Positions 27,393-37,131 of a DNA stretch of 61,496 nt are shown here, piece after piece. A program made the translations under genes and the position numbers. Within the stretch, counting starts at the first letter, position 1. The number at the start of each line of letters is the position of its first letter. Below the pieces are notes generated by a model. That model saw only the letters and a list, made by a program, of their open reading frames with translations. It did no database searches and was not told the origin of the DNA. This DNA is from Microbacteriaceae bacterium (GTDB taxonomy: Bacteria > Actinomycetota > Actinomycetes > Actinomycetales > Microbacteriaceae), in the NCBI GenBank assembly GCA_029979375.1, contig JAPOHQ010000001.1, positions 1-61,496 on the forward strand, given 5' to 3'.

Positions 27393-28455
27393 TTATGCTC
27401 GTTGCGAGGCAGCCGCCCAGCAATCGAGCTTTGCGAGCGCCGCTCCGGTGTCGATTGCGGCAAGGGCTACTTCGATTGACGATGCAAGCCTTGATGGCAA
27501 GGGAAGTGTTTGCCTTTTCAGGATTCTTCGCGAGTTCATAGGCAGCGATTCCCGCGGCCGCATTGAGTGCCACCACCTCACGAATAGCATCCCGGTTTTC
27601 AAAGTCCTGATTCCCAAGCAGATTCTTGGCGACGGCCGCATTGTGCTTTGCGTCACCGCCGAGCAGCTGCTGTTGGGTAACGCGCGTTAGGCCCAGATCC
27701 ACCGCATCAAGCTCGTGCTCGGTGACCTGACCGCCAGATACCTGCCAGATTATGTTGCTGGAGGTTGTTGAAAGCTCATCAAGACCATCGTCTGATCGGA
27801 ATACCAGTCCGGTTCTACCCCGATTTGCCATCTCCTGGGCCATCAGTGGCGCAATCTTTGGGTCCGCAACACCCAAGGCGGTGGCAACAGGTTGCGCTGG
27901 GTTTGCCAAGGGTCCCAAGAAGTTAAATGTGGTGGGCACGCCGAGCGCCTTCCTTACCGGGGCAACGTGGCGCATTGCGGGGTGAAAGACGGGTGCAAAA
28001 AAGAAAGTAATCCCCGCCTCTTTGAAGACTTCAGCGACCTGATCGGCACTCAGATCGAGCCTGATTCCCAAGACCTCAAGCATTTCCGAGCTTCCGGTCT
28101 TCCCGGAGGCGCTCCTGGAACCATGTTTGAGGACCGGAACCTCACAGGCGGCGACTATCGAGGCCATGGAGCTGATGTTGACGGTTCCAACGAGGTCTCC
28201 CCCAGTGCCGACAATGTCGAGAGCGTCCTGACCGGTGCCGAGCACCAGGCAGTTCTCGAGCATCACATCAACCAGACCGGAGAGCTCCTCCACGGTCTCA
28301 CCCTTGGTGCGAAGCGCCATCATGAACGCTCCGATTTGACCCTCGCTGGCCTCGCCGGACATGGTCTGCCTGAGGGCCCAACTTGCCTGCTCGCGACTGA
28401 GGTCTCCCCCGCCTACAAGCGTTGAGAGCACGTTGGGCCAGGTAATCTCGGTCAT
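27393..28455 (-). CDS. trpD: Anthranilate phosphoribosyltransferase with an apparent 1-nt frameshift near the 3' end
   Basis: DIVGTGGD, NISS, KHGSRSASGKTGS, FHPAMRH, GLDE, LNAAA. The expected C-terminus (ALAAIDTGAALAKLDCW) is in another frame after ~27500. Confidence 0.9.
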
Positions 28456-28558
28456 CTTCCGAATTCTACTTAGAGAAATTTCTCCTCGGTGTCCAAAAAT
28501 TCTTATGAAACCTTGGTCTAGAGCGAAATCACGGAAGGGTAACGGGTAAACTTGAGGC

Positions 28559-29176
28559 ATGTCTGTCACCTCTTCTGCCCCTATGACGATTCATCGTCCA
28601 AATGCGACCAGCGTGGGCACCATCGTTTGGCTCGGCAGCGAAGTCATGTTCTTCGCTGGCCTATTTGCGATGTACTTCTCGCTTCGCGCTGGGGCTCCTG
28701 ACCTCTGGGCAAATGACACGCAGATTCTGAACGTTCCATTTGCCCTGGTAAACACCCTGATTCTTGTTGCCAGCTCCTTCACGGCTCAGTTTGGAGTCTT
28801 TGCCGCGGAGCGTATGCAGGCCCGCAGAACAGGCCTCTCCCCCGCTAAGTGGGGCATGATCGAGTGGTTCTTCCTGACCTACTTCATGGGAGCGATCTTC
28901 GTTGCCGGTCAGGTCTGGGAGTATGCGCAGCTCGTGGCAGAGGGTGTGACGTTGAGCTCAAATTCCTACGGCAGCGCCTTCTACATCACGACTGGCTTCC
29001 ACGCCATGCACGTTACTGGCGGTCTGATCGCCTTCTTGCTGGTAATTGGGCGCGCCTATGCCGCTAAGAACTTTGGCCATCGGGAGGCGACAAGTGCGAT
29101 CGTAACCTCCTACTACTGGCACTTTGTTGATGTTGTTTGGATTGGCCTCTTCCTAGTGGTCTACGTACTGAAATAA
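28559..29176 (+). CDS. ctaE: Cytochrome c oxidase subunit III
   Basis: [29 protein letters not shown]. Confidence 0.96.
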   Translation: MSVTSSAPMTIHRPNATSVGTIVWLGSEVMFFAGLFAMYFSLRAGAPDLWANDTQILNVPFALVNTLILVASSFTAQFGVFAAERMQARRTGLSPAKWGMIEWFFLTYFMGAIFVAGQVWEYAQLVAEGVTLSSNSYGSAFYITTGFHAMHVTGGLIAFLLVIGRAYAAKNFGHREATSAIVTSYYWHFVDVVWIGLFLVVYVLK

Positions 29177-29178
29177 AA

Positions 29179-29964
29179 ATGGAGATGAACTTGAACGATA
29201 AGCCGATGCGGCGCAAGCCCTGGGCACTTGGCATTGTGATCTTCCTGGGCCTCGTGCTCTCCGGAAGTGGCTATGCCGCTGCGACATCGACATATCAGGC
29301 CGAATTTGGCTCGCCAGAGCAGATCGCAGAGGGTAAGAAGCTGTTTCTAGCCAACTGCGCCAGCTGCCACGGAACCAATGGTGAGGGCGCTATCGGTGGC
29401 CCAAGCCTGATTGGTGTGGGAGCCGCCTCAGTGGACTTCCAAGTTGGCACCGGCCGCATGCCGGGTCAGGCGTCCGGACCTCAGCTCTACAAGAAGCCAG
29501 TCCAGTTCACTGAGGAGCAGATCTCCGCGATGGCAGCCTGGGTGGCTTCCCTTGCACCCGGTCCAGCCATTCCGGCTGAGGAGTACCTGAGGGCCGATGG
29601 CGACGCAACTCACGGTGGCGAGCTCTTCCGCATCAACTGCGCGATGTGCCACAACGCTGTTGGAGCCGGTGGCGCGCTCACTGAGGGCAAGTTTGCTCCT
29701 GGCCTCGAGGGCGTAACGGAGAAGCACATCTATGAGGCCATGGTTACCGGTCCGCAGAACATGCCCGTGTTCAACGACGCAAACCTGACCCCCGAGGACA
29801 AGAAAGACATCATCACTTTCCTGAAGTATGTCGAGGAAAACGACTCGGTGGGTGGCTTGGAGCTTGGCTCGATTGGCCCGGTTGCAGAGGGACTATTTAC
29901 CTGGATCTTCGGTTTAGGTTTCATCATTGCAATCACAGTGTGGTTGGGAGCGAAGGCTAACTAA
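29179..29964 (+). CDS. qcrC: Cytochrome bc1 diheme cytochrome c subunit
   Basis: Two CxxCH motifs (CASCH, CAMCH), FQVGTGRMP, GPQNMP, GPVAEGL; exact start uncertain. Confidence 0.95.
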   Translation: MEMNLNDKPMRRKPWALGIVIFLGLVLSGSGYAAATSTYQAEFGSPEQIAEGKKLFLANCASCHGTNGEGAIGGPSLIGVGAASVDFQVGTGRMPGQASGPQLYKKPVQFTEEQISAMAAWVASLAPGPAIPAEEYLRADGDATHGGELFRINCAMCHNAVGAGGALTEGKFAPGLEGVTEKHIYEAMVTGPQNMPVFNDANLTPEDKKDIITFLKYVEENDSVGGLELGSIGPVAEGLFTWIFGLGFIIAITVWLGAKAN

Positions 29965-30980
29965 TGAGCGATCTAGAGAAGTACTCATCCGGCAGCGCTA
30001 CCAGCATCGAGCGTCCTATCAAGGATCCGGGGCTGGAGCCGCACCGCGTTCGCATGACCGACAAGAGCGAAAAGCACGCTCGCACGGCCGAAAAGCAGGT
30101 TGCTGGACTGTTCGTAATCAGCATCATCGGAGCCATAATCGCAGTCTGGGGTTTCTTTGCCTTCCCGATTATCGACGGTGACCTATCGGCAACCCGCAAC
30201 AACGCTCTCTGGATGGGCATCGGAATGGCGCTGTCCATGCTTGGTATTGGCTTCGGCGCAGTCCACTGGGCAAAGACCCTGATGCCCGACAACGAGGTCG
30301 CTGAGGCTCGTCACGCTGCTCGTTCCGATGACGACACCAGGGCCAAGGCAATCGAGATTGTGAAGCTTGCCGATGGCGAATCAGGATTCTCTCGCAGGAA
30401 GCTAATCAGGCGAACTCTCTATGGTGCTCTTGCCTTCTTCCCGATTCCAGCCGTGGTCATTTTCGGTGACCTTGGGCCCGTGGTTGGCGACACCCTGAAG
30501 CACACGATGTGGCGCAGTGGCACCCGACTCACCAAAGACCCAACAGGCATCCCTATCAAGGCCTCCGAGGTCACCATTGGTTCTGTTTTTCACGTTATTC
30601 CCGAGGGACTCAAGGACCTCGAGGAGCACAAACTGGAGGAAAAGGCTAAGGCTGCGGTTCTCCTCGTCAGGGTAAATCCTGGCGAGCTCAAGGAGGATCC
30701 AGAGAAGGCCGGCTGGAGTTATGACGGCATTGTCGCCTACTCCAAGATCTGCACCCACGTGGGCTGCCCAGTGGCTCTTTATGAGCAGCACACTCACCAC
30801 CTGCTGTGCCCATGTCACCAGTCGACCTTTGATTTGGCCGACCACTGCAAGGTGATCTTTGGCCCAGCAGCACGCCCTCTCCCCCAGCTACCAATCACGG
30901 TGGATGACGAGGGTTACCTTGTCGCCCAGAGCGACTTCCTAGAGCCCGTTGGCCCATCATTTTGGGACATGAGGAAGTAA
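29964..30980 (+). CDS. qcrA: Cytochrome bc1 Rieske Fe-S subunit
   Basis: CTHVGC and CPCHQS Rieske boxes, GPAARPLPQL; three TMs with an internal SRRKL twin-arginine motif. Confidence 0.96.
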   Translation: MSDLEKYSSGSATSIERPIKDPGLEPHRVRMTDKSEKHARTAEKQVAGLFVISIIGAIIAVWGFFAFPIIDGDLSATRNNALWMGIGMALSMLGIGFGAVHWAKTLMPDNEVAEARHAARSDDDTRAKAIEIVKLADGESGFSRRKLIRRTLYGALAFFPIPAVVIFGDLGPVVGDTLKHTMWRSGTRLTKDPTGIPIKASEVTIGSVFHVIPEGLKDLEEHKLEEKAKAAVLLVRVNPGELKEDPEKAGWSYDGIVAYSKICTHVGCPVALYEQHTHHLLCPCHQSTFDLADHCKVIFGPAARPLPQLPITVDDEGYLVAQSDFLEPVGPSFWDMRK

Positions 30981-30984
30981 GACC

Positions 30985-32634
30985 ATGAGTGTAATTACCG
31001 AACCCAAGACCGTTATCGGCAAGGCAGCAAACTACGTAGACGAGCGCCTCACTATTGGAAGCGTTCTGAAGAACTTTGGACGCAAGGTTTTCCCAGATCA
31101 CTGGAGCTTCATGCTCGGTGAGGTGGCGATGTACTCCTTCGTGATTCTCATCATCTCGGGCACCTTCCTAACCTTCTACTTCCAGCCATCCATGGCAGAG
31201 GTGCACTACGAGGGAAGCTACGCTCCGCTGAAGGGCATGGAGATGTCGATTGCCTACGCCTCCTCGCTTGACATCAGCTTTGACATCCGCGGTGGACTGC
31301 TTATGCGTCAGGTCCACCACTGGGCCGCACTGCTGTTTGTTGCAGCTGCGGGCCTCCACATGCTTCGCGTCTTCTTCACGGGCGCATTCCGCAAGCCTCG
31401 CGAGCTCAACTGGGTCGTTGGCTTCCTGCTGTTCCTGATGGGCATGGCAGCTGGCTTCACTGGCTACTCACTGCCTGATGACCTGCTCTCTGGAAACGGC
31501 TTGAGAATCATTGACGGAATGATCAAGGGAATCCCGCTGATTGGTCCAGCTGTCTCATCCGGCTTCTTTGGTGGAGAGTTCCCGGGAACTGAGGTGGTGG
31601 CGCGTCTTTACAGCCTCCACATCATGATTATCCCGGCGTTGATCATTGCACTGCTCGGCATCCACCTGCTGATGGTTGTCGTTCACAAGCACACCCACTA
31701 CCCGGGCCCTGGTAGGCGCGATGACAACGTTGTCGGCTACCCGCTGATGCCCGTCTACGTTGCTAAGGCTGGTGGCTTCTTCTTCCTGGTCTTCGGTGTG
31801 ATTGCCGCGATTGCAGCAACCTTCACAATCAACCCGATTTGGAACTACGGTCCTTACGACCCCTCCCCTGTTTCGGCCGGAACCCAGCCCGACTGGTACA
31901 TCGGTTGGCTTGATGGAGCGCTCCGCTTGGCACCGAGCAACCTGGATCTAGTAATTGCAGGCTTTGTGATCCCGATGGGAGTCATGCTGCCGATCATCGT
32001 CTCTTTGGTCTTCCTGGTTCTTGTGGGAGCTTACCCATTCATCGAGGCCTGGGTCACCGGAGACAGGCGAGAGCACCACGTTCTAGACCGCCCTCGCAAT
32101 GCCCCCACCAGGACCGCGATCGGAGCTGCGGGAGTTACCTTCTACGCCGTGCTCTGGGCTGGAGCTTCGACAGACCTGATTGCTGTCAACTTCCAAATGT
32201 CGCTGAATCACGTGCTGACCGCGATGCAGATCCTGCTGATTCTCGGTCCTGTGGTTGCCTACTGGGTCACCAAGCGTGCCTGCCTGTCGCTGCAGCGCAA
32301 GGACCGAGAGATTGCCCTGCACGGCCGCGAGACCGGAAGGGTCATCCGACTCCCCCACGGCGAATACATCGAGGTTCACGAACCGGTCGACAAGTATGAG
32401 CTTTGGAAGCTAGTTGACTTCAAGGACTACGAGCCGATCATGCCTAGGCCAAACAAGAAGGGCAAGATCACCGTCGGCACCAAGCTGCGCTCCGCGATTT
32501 CGAAGATTTACTTCGAGGACCGCATCGCGCCAGTATCGAAGGCGGAGTACGAGCTCGCCCACGCAGACCATGGCCACGCAGCCGTCGAAGAGAAGCCAAA
32601 GCGCAAGCCAAAGCAGCTCAAGAAGAATCTCTAA
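30985..32634 (+). CDS. qcrB: Cytochrome bc1 cytochrome b subunit
   Basis: FPDHWSF, RQVHHWAA, GYSLPDDLLSG, QPDWY. Confidence 0.97.
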   Translation: MSVITEPKTVIGKAANYVDERLTIGSVLKNFGRKVFPDHWSFMLGEVAMYSFVILIISGTFLTFYFQPSMAEVHYEGSYAPLKGMEMSIAYASSLDISFDIRGGLLMRQVHHWAALLFVAAAGLHMLRVFFTGAFRKPRELNWVVGFLLFLMGMAAGFTGYSLPDDLLSGNGLRIIDGMIKGIPLIGPAVSSGFFGGEFPGTEVVARLYSLHIMIIPALIIALLGIHLLMVVVHKHTHYPGPGRRDDNVVGYPLMPVYVAKAGGFFFLVFGVIAAIAATFTINPIWNYGPYDPSPVSAGTQPDWYIGWLDGALRLAPSNLDLVIAGFVIPMGVMLPIIVSLVFLVLVGAYPFIEAWVTGDRREHHVLDRPRNAPTRTAIGAAGVTFYAVLWAGASTDLIAVNFQMSLNHVLTAMQILLILGPVVAYWVTKRACLSLQRKDREIALHGRETGRVIRLPHGEYIEVHEPVDKYELWKLVDFKDYEPIMPRPNKKGKITVGTKLRSAISKIYFEDRIAPVSKAEYELAHADHGHAAVEEKPKRKPKQLKKNL

Positions 32635-32642
32635 GCAATAGC

Positions 32643-32675
32643 AAAGACCCCGTAGGAACTACCTACGGGGTTTTT
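32643..32675. terminator. Intrinsic terminator after qcrB, probably bidirectional
   Basis: ACCCCGTAGG-AACTA-CCTACGGGGT stem, T-run on the right and A-rich on the left, between convergent genes. Confidence 0.85.
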
Positions 32676-33230
32676 CTATAGCGCTCTGGTGACCAAAATG
32701 TGCTGCTCGTCGAGCATTGACCCCTCTGCGAAACCAAACTTCTTATAGAGAGCAAGTGGGCCTCGATATCCCCAGGTCTCAAACTGACCGGTCGCTAGCG
32801 GCGCTGCCTGAACGTTTTGGTATCCCTGCTCAGGGAGATCTTTCAGCGCGAATTCCAGGAGAGCGGTGGCCACCCCCTGGGATTGCTTGGCGGCATCAAC
32901 GGCAAAGCAGATTATGGTTGCGGTGCTGCTATCCCCTGGGGGTAGTAGGCGAAAGTTGTTGTGACTATTGGCAGCCATCCAACCAATGACGATCTCCTCG
33001 CCATCTTGGTCTTCGAACGCGAGATAGCCCTGCATGACACCCGAGCGGATTCTCTCGCATGCCTGCTCTCGATTGGATGCTGGTGTGGCGGGATCGTTCT
33101 CGGCCTTCGTGTTCAGGTATTCCTGGCAGTAGCAACCCTGCCACTGCGGCTGATAAGAGACCGCTGGGCCATCCATGAAGCTCCGAAACTCCTCAGTTTC
33201 TGCTTCACTCAGGCGCCGGATAGTAACCAT
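32676..33230 (-). CDS. GNAT family N-acetyltransferase
   Basis: ICFAVD...QSQGVATALL acetyl-CoA motif, LYKKFGF, N-terminal WQGCYC; start set at ATG 33230, 7 nt after TATCCT. Confidence 0.85.
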   Translation of the reverse strand: MVTIRRLSEAETEEFRSFMDGPAVSYQPQWQGCYCQEYLNTKAENDPATPASNREQACERIRSGVMQGYLAFEDQDGEEIVIGWMAANSHNNFRLLPPGDSSTATIICFAVDAAKQSQGVATALLEFALKDLPEQGYQNVQAAPLATGQFETWGYRGPLALYKKFGFAEGSMLDEQHILVTRAL

Positions 33231-33252
33231 TGTCAAAAGGATAGTTGAACGC

Positions 33253-33277
33253 AAAAAGCCAGCCCTACTGGGCTGGC
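33253..33277 (-). terminator. Intrinsic terminator of ssrA
   Basis: GCCAGCCC/GGGCTGGC stem followed by TTTTT on the minus strand, 8 nt after the tmRNA CCA. Confidence 0.8.
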
Positions 33278-33285
33278 CCTATGCG

Positions 33286-33657
33286 TGGTGGAGATGCCGG
33301 GAATCGAACCCGGGTCCACTGCAACGTTCATGACTCTTCTACGGGTGTAGCCTCCAGAGGCGTTCTACTCGGCTGCGGAATTTGTCGGAGGCAACTACGC
33401 CGACCAGCCCAGTCAAAGTAAAAAGTCCCGCACTGACCTTTGACGCATCAGCGCAGCAAGATTCCTAAATGACGCCTGGATCTAGGTCGAAATCAAACCT
33501 AGGCAGACGGACTTCGGGGCTCGCTTAAGCAGCGAGGGCGAAGTCGGCGCGCTTTGTATTGGCACCTATAGTTTTGTGCAGAGCGTTTACGAGATAACTG
33601 CACATCCTCGACCCGCTTCATTCACTCAGCACTACAGTGTCGAAACCGATCATCCCC
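33286..33657 (-). ncRNA. ssrA: tmRNA
   Basis: 5' GGGGATGATCGGTTTCGAC; 3' T-arm CCGGGTTCGATTCCCGGC then ATCTCCACCA; internal tag ORF 33563-33525 encodes ANTKRADFALAA-stop. Confidence 0.97.
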
Positions 33658-33730
33658 ATATTGAGTTATTCAGCATCAAGCCCTTTCGGGCAGCAGAAAA
33701 GAATAACACCTTAGAGCGTCAAAGGCCTAA

Positions 33731-34144
33731 CTAGTGGGCGTGTGCAAAGCGGTCGTGCTCAAATACGAACCCGACAACCGCAACCGCACCAATTGGCAGT
33801 GCGATGAAGAACAGCCACCAGCCAACTGCCAGTGAGGCAAAGGCGATGGCACCAGATGCTCCCAGCATCAGCGGCCACCAGCTCCATGGCGCGAAGAAAC
33901 CGACCTCGCCAGCCTCATCCTCGATGTTGCCATCCAAACGGTCCTCCGGCAGCGTCGCAGTCCTGCGCATTCCGCTGTATAGGTAAAAGGCAATGAAGAC
34001 TGAAAGGACAACCAAAAGCCCGATGGCAGCGGTGCCAATTGGTTCCACAACTCCATTCTCAAGGTGAGTCCAGATTCCATAAGCAATGTCGGCAAGCGTG
34101 AAATACGCGGCCATAACCAAAAGAATGACGATGTTAGAGCGCAT
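33731..34144 (-). CDS. ctaF: Cytochrome c oxidase subunit 4 (actinobacterial CtaF)
   Basis: PEDR.DG.I, GFFAPWSWWP, GFVFE; downstream of ctaD. Confidence 0.93.
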   Translation of the reverse strand: MRSNIVILLVMAAYFTLADIAYGIWTHLENGVVEPIGTAAIGLLVVLSVFIAFYLYSGMRRTATLPEDRLDGNIEDEAGEVGFFAPWSWWPLMLGASGAIAFASLAVGWWLFFIALPIGAVAVVGFVFEHDRFAHAH

Positions 34145-35832
34145 TAGACCCTGCCCTCCTGAACGTAGGCCTCTTTGGCCTCAGGTGCCGCATACTCCGG
34201 GTAGTTCATGTCGAAAGCTGGGGACTCGGAACGAATTCTTGGGATTGAGTGGAAGTTGTGCCTTGGAATCGGCGACTCGGTTGCCCACTCGAGTGAGCGA
34301 CCATAGCCCCAAGGATCTTTCAGCTCGACCTTCACGCCATTGCGGTAGGTAATCCAGACGTTCCAGAGGAACGGAATCATGGAGATTGCCAATAGGACCG
34401 CTCCAGCAGTTGAGATGAGGTTCATCTCAGTGAAGCCATCCTCGGGCAGATAGGTGGCATAACGCCTTGGCATACCCAATACTCCAAGCCAGTGCTGAAC
34501 CAGGAACGTTGTGTGGAAGCCGATGAAGAGAACCCAGAAGTGAATCTTTCCAAGCCTCTCGTTGAGCATCTTTCCGGTGAACTTCGGCCACCAGAAGTAG
34601 AAGCCGGCGAACATTGCGAACACCACGGTTCCGAAGACCACGTAGTGGAAGTGCGCAACCACGAAGTAGGTGTCTGAGAGGTGGAAGTCCAGAGCAGGCG
34701 AAGCGAGGATGACGCCGGTCAAACCACCGAACACAAAGCTGACAAGGAATCCAAGACTCCAGAGCATCGGGGTTTCAAAGGTTATTGACCCTCGCCACAT
34801 CGTGCCAATCCAGTTGAATATCTTTACTCCGGTCGGCACGGCAATCAACATCGTGGTGAAGGCAAAGAATGGCAGTAGAACCTGGCCGGTGACATACATG
34901 TGGTGCGCCCAAACGGTCATTGAAAGGGCCGCGATGGCGATGGTCGCGTACACCAGGGTCTTGTAACCAAAAATCGGCTTTCGGCTGAAGACCGGGAAAA
35001 TCTCCGAAACGATGCCAAAGAATGGCAACGCAATGATGTAAACCTCTGGGTGACCAAAGAACCAGAAGAGGTGCTGCCAGAGCATCGCTCCCCCGTTTTC
35101 TGGATCAAAGATGTGCGCTCCGAAGCGGCGATCAGCTCCAAGGGCAAACAGCGCGGCCGCAAGCGGTGGGAAGCACATGATGATCAAAATCGAGGTCACA
35201 AGCGTGTTCCAGGTGAAGATTGGCATGCGCCACATCGTCATTCCAGGAGCCCTCATGGTGATGATCGTGGTGATGAAGTTAACGCCACCAAGAATCGTTC
35301 CGAAACCGCTCAGCGCAAGGCCAAACACCCACAAATCTCCACCGATGCCGGGCGAGAATGTCGTATTTGACAGTGGCGCATAGGCAAACCAACCGAATGA
35401 GGCTGCTCCCTGTGGGGTGAAGAAACCGGTGACTGCCACCAATGAGCCGAAGTTGAAGAACCAGTAAGCGATCGCATTTAGCCTTGGGAAAGCCACATCT
35501 GGAGCACCGATTTGAACCGGCATCAAAACGTTCGCGAAGCCCGCAAATAACGGGGTAGCAAACATCAGAAGCATGATGGTGCCGTGCATGGTGAAGAGCT
35601 GGTTGTACTGCTCCTTGGTTGCGACAACATCAAGTCCTGGCAGAGCAAGCTGAGCCCTGATGATCAGGGCCATCACTCCACCGATTAGAAAGTAGAGGAA
35701 AGAGGTGATCAGGTAGAGGTAACCGATTTTCTTCTGGTCGGTGGTGGTGAGCCAATCAACGAGGATTTGCCCCTTGCTTCGCTTTGGGGTGAAGCTCGTT
35801 GGGTTAGAGGTTGTCTGGGTAATGGTTGCCAT
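34144..35832 (-). CDS. ctaD: Cytochrome c oxidase subunit I
   Basis: [28 protein letters not shown]. Confidence 0.98.
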   Translation of the reverse strand: MATITQTTSNPTSFTPKRSKGQILVDWLTTTDQKKIGYLYLITSFLYFLIGGVMALIIRAQLALPGLDVVATKEQYNQLFTMHGTIMLLMFATPLFAGFANVLMPVQIGAPDVAFPRLNAIAYWFFNFGSLVAVTGFFTPQGAASFGWFAYAPLSNTTFSPGIGGDLWVFGLALSGFGTILGGVNFITTIITMRAPGMTMWRMPIFTWNTLVTSILIIMCFPPLAAALFALGADRRFGAHIFDPENGGAMLWQHLFWFFGHPEVYIIALPFFGIVSEIFPVFSRKPIFGYKTLVYATIAIAALSMTVWAHHMYVTGQVLLPFFAFTTMLIAVPTGVKIFNWIGTMWRGSITFETPMLWSLGFLVSFVFGGLTGVILASPALDFHLSDTYFVVAHFHYVVFGTVVFAMFAGFYFWWPKFTGKMLNERLGKIHFWVLFIGFHTTFLVQHWLGVLGMPRRYATYLPEDGFTEMNLISTAGAVLLAISMIPFLWNVWITYRNGVKVELKDPWGYGRSLEWATESPIPRHNFHSIPRIRSESPAFDMNYPEYAAPEAKEAYVQEGRV

Positions 35833-35834
35833 TG

Positions 35835-36686
35835 CTATCCCCTAATCTCTGGGTTGCCGCCGGGAAGATTTTGATTTCTGTCGTATTCGCCCGAGAGCTG
35901 ACCGACATTGCCCTTGGCTGCAAGCTCAGCCATGCGGTCGTCATACTCGCTCTGCGATACGACCTTGACGTTGAAAAGCATCATCGAGTGGTATTCGCCA
36001 CAGAGTTCGGCGCACTTTCCCACATAGGTTCCCTCTTTCAAGGGGGTGAAATACATCACGTTGGTTTGACCTGGGAACATGTCCTTCTTGTAGAGGAAGT
36101 CGACGACCCAGAAGCTGTGGATTACATCTCTGGAGGACAGCTCGATCTGCACCGACTGACCAACCGGCAGGTACAGGGTCGGAAGCGTCTCCATGACGTT
36201 CTCCTCCGTGCCGGTGAACTGGGCCTGAATTCCGGAATCAAAAACATTCTCGTCAACGTAGTTGAAGTCCCAGCTCCACTGCTTGCCGATTACCTCAATG
36301 CGAACATCTGGGTTCTCAACCTTGGCCTCGATGGCGGCCATGTCGCGGGCTGTAAAGGCAAAGAATCCGAGAACCAGGACCAGCGGAATTGCGGTGAAAA
36401 GAGCCTCGATTGGCATGTTGTAGCGAAGCTGCTGGGGCATCCCAGTCTCGCCCCTGCGGCGACGATAAACGATAAGGGCCCACGCCATCAAACCCCAGGC
36501 TGCAAAACCAACGGCAAGCAAGACGATCCAGGAGGTCGTCCACAATCCAATGATTCGATCGGTGTGGTTGGTGACCCCGGCGGCATCTGGAAGGAATCCT
36601 CGCTCTAGTTCTGGAGAGCAGCCACTGAGCGCGAGAGCCAAGCTGGAGACTACCAAAAGGCCAGTTAGGCGCCGTCCTCTAGTCAA
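35835..36686 (-). CDS. ctaC: Cytochrome c oxidase subunit II (lipoprotein)
   Basis: Lipobox LSGC, QWSW, DVIHSF, CuA motif [12 protein letters not shown]; start set at TTG 36686 after an AAGGA SD (the ORF track starts at 36719). Confidence 0.95.
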   Translation of the reverse strand: MTRGRRLTGLLVVSSLALALSGCSPELERGFLPDAAGVTNHTDRIIGLWTTSWIVLLAVGFAAWGLMAWALIVYRRRRGETGMPQQLRYNMPIEALFTAIPLVLVLGFFAFTARDMAAIEAKVENPDVRIEVIGKQWSWDFNYVDENVFDSGIQAQFTGTEENVMETLPTLYLPVGQSVQIELSSRDVIHSFWVVDFLYKKDMFPGQTNVMYFTPLKEGTYVGKCAELCGEYHSMMLFNVKVVSQSEYDDRMAELAAKGNVGQLSGEYDRNQNLPGGNPEIRG

Positions 36687-36764
36687 TGAAACATCCTTTT
36701 TTGCGCGTGGAAACAGCACAAGTTTACCCCGAAATCTGGCACGGGGTTTCAGATTTGACGCGGT

Positions 36765-37106
36765 TTAGGAGAAGGAATCGCCGCAGGCGCAGGTGCCAGA
36801 GGCGTTTGGGTTGTCAATTGTGAAGCCCTGTTTTTGGATAGAGTCCTCAAAATCGATCTCTGCGCCATCCAAATACGGCACGCTCATGGAGTCAACTACG
36901 ACCTCGACACCGGAGAAATCCACTACCGCGTCGCTCTCCTCGAGAAGTTCATCGAAGAAAAGCTGATAGATCAATCCGGAGCAGCCACCTGGCTGAACCG
37001 CGACACGCAGCCTCAAATCATCCCGACCCTCTGCCTCGAGCAGGCTGCGAACCTTGTTGGCAGCGGTGTCGGTGAGCTTCACACCGTGAGTCATTACGTC
37101 TGTCAT
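36765..37106 (-). CDS. erpA: A-type Fe-S cluster insertion protein (ErpA/IscA/HesB)
   Basis: PGGCSG, NPNA..CACGDSF. Confidence 0.93.
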   Translation of the reverse strand: MTDVMTHGVKLTDTAANKVRSLLEAEGRDDLRLRVAVQPGGCSGLIYQLFFDELLEESDAVVDFSGVEVVVDSMSVPYLDGAEIDFEDSIQKQGFTIDNPNASGTCACGDSFS

Positions 37107-37131
37107 TTGACAACCTCCAAGAGAAGTTTAA

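Noticed and set aside
28456-28569. N-terminal extension of the trpD ORF in the ORF track
   Set aside because: It crosses the divergent promoter region and the ctaE start; ATG 28455 with a TAGAAT -10 fits better.
35826-36608. 260-aa plus-strand ORF
   Set aside because: Antisense to ctaC, no motifs or start context.
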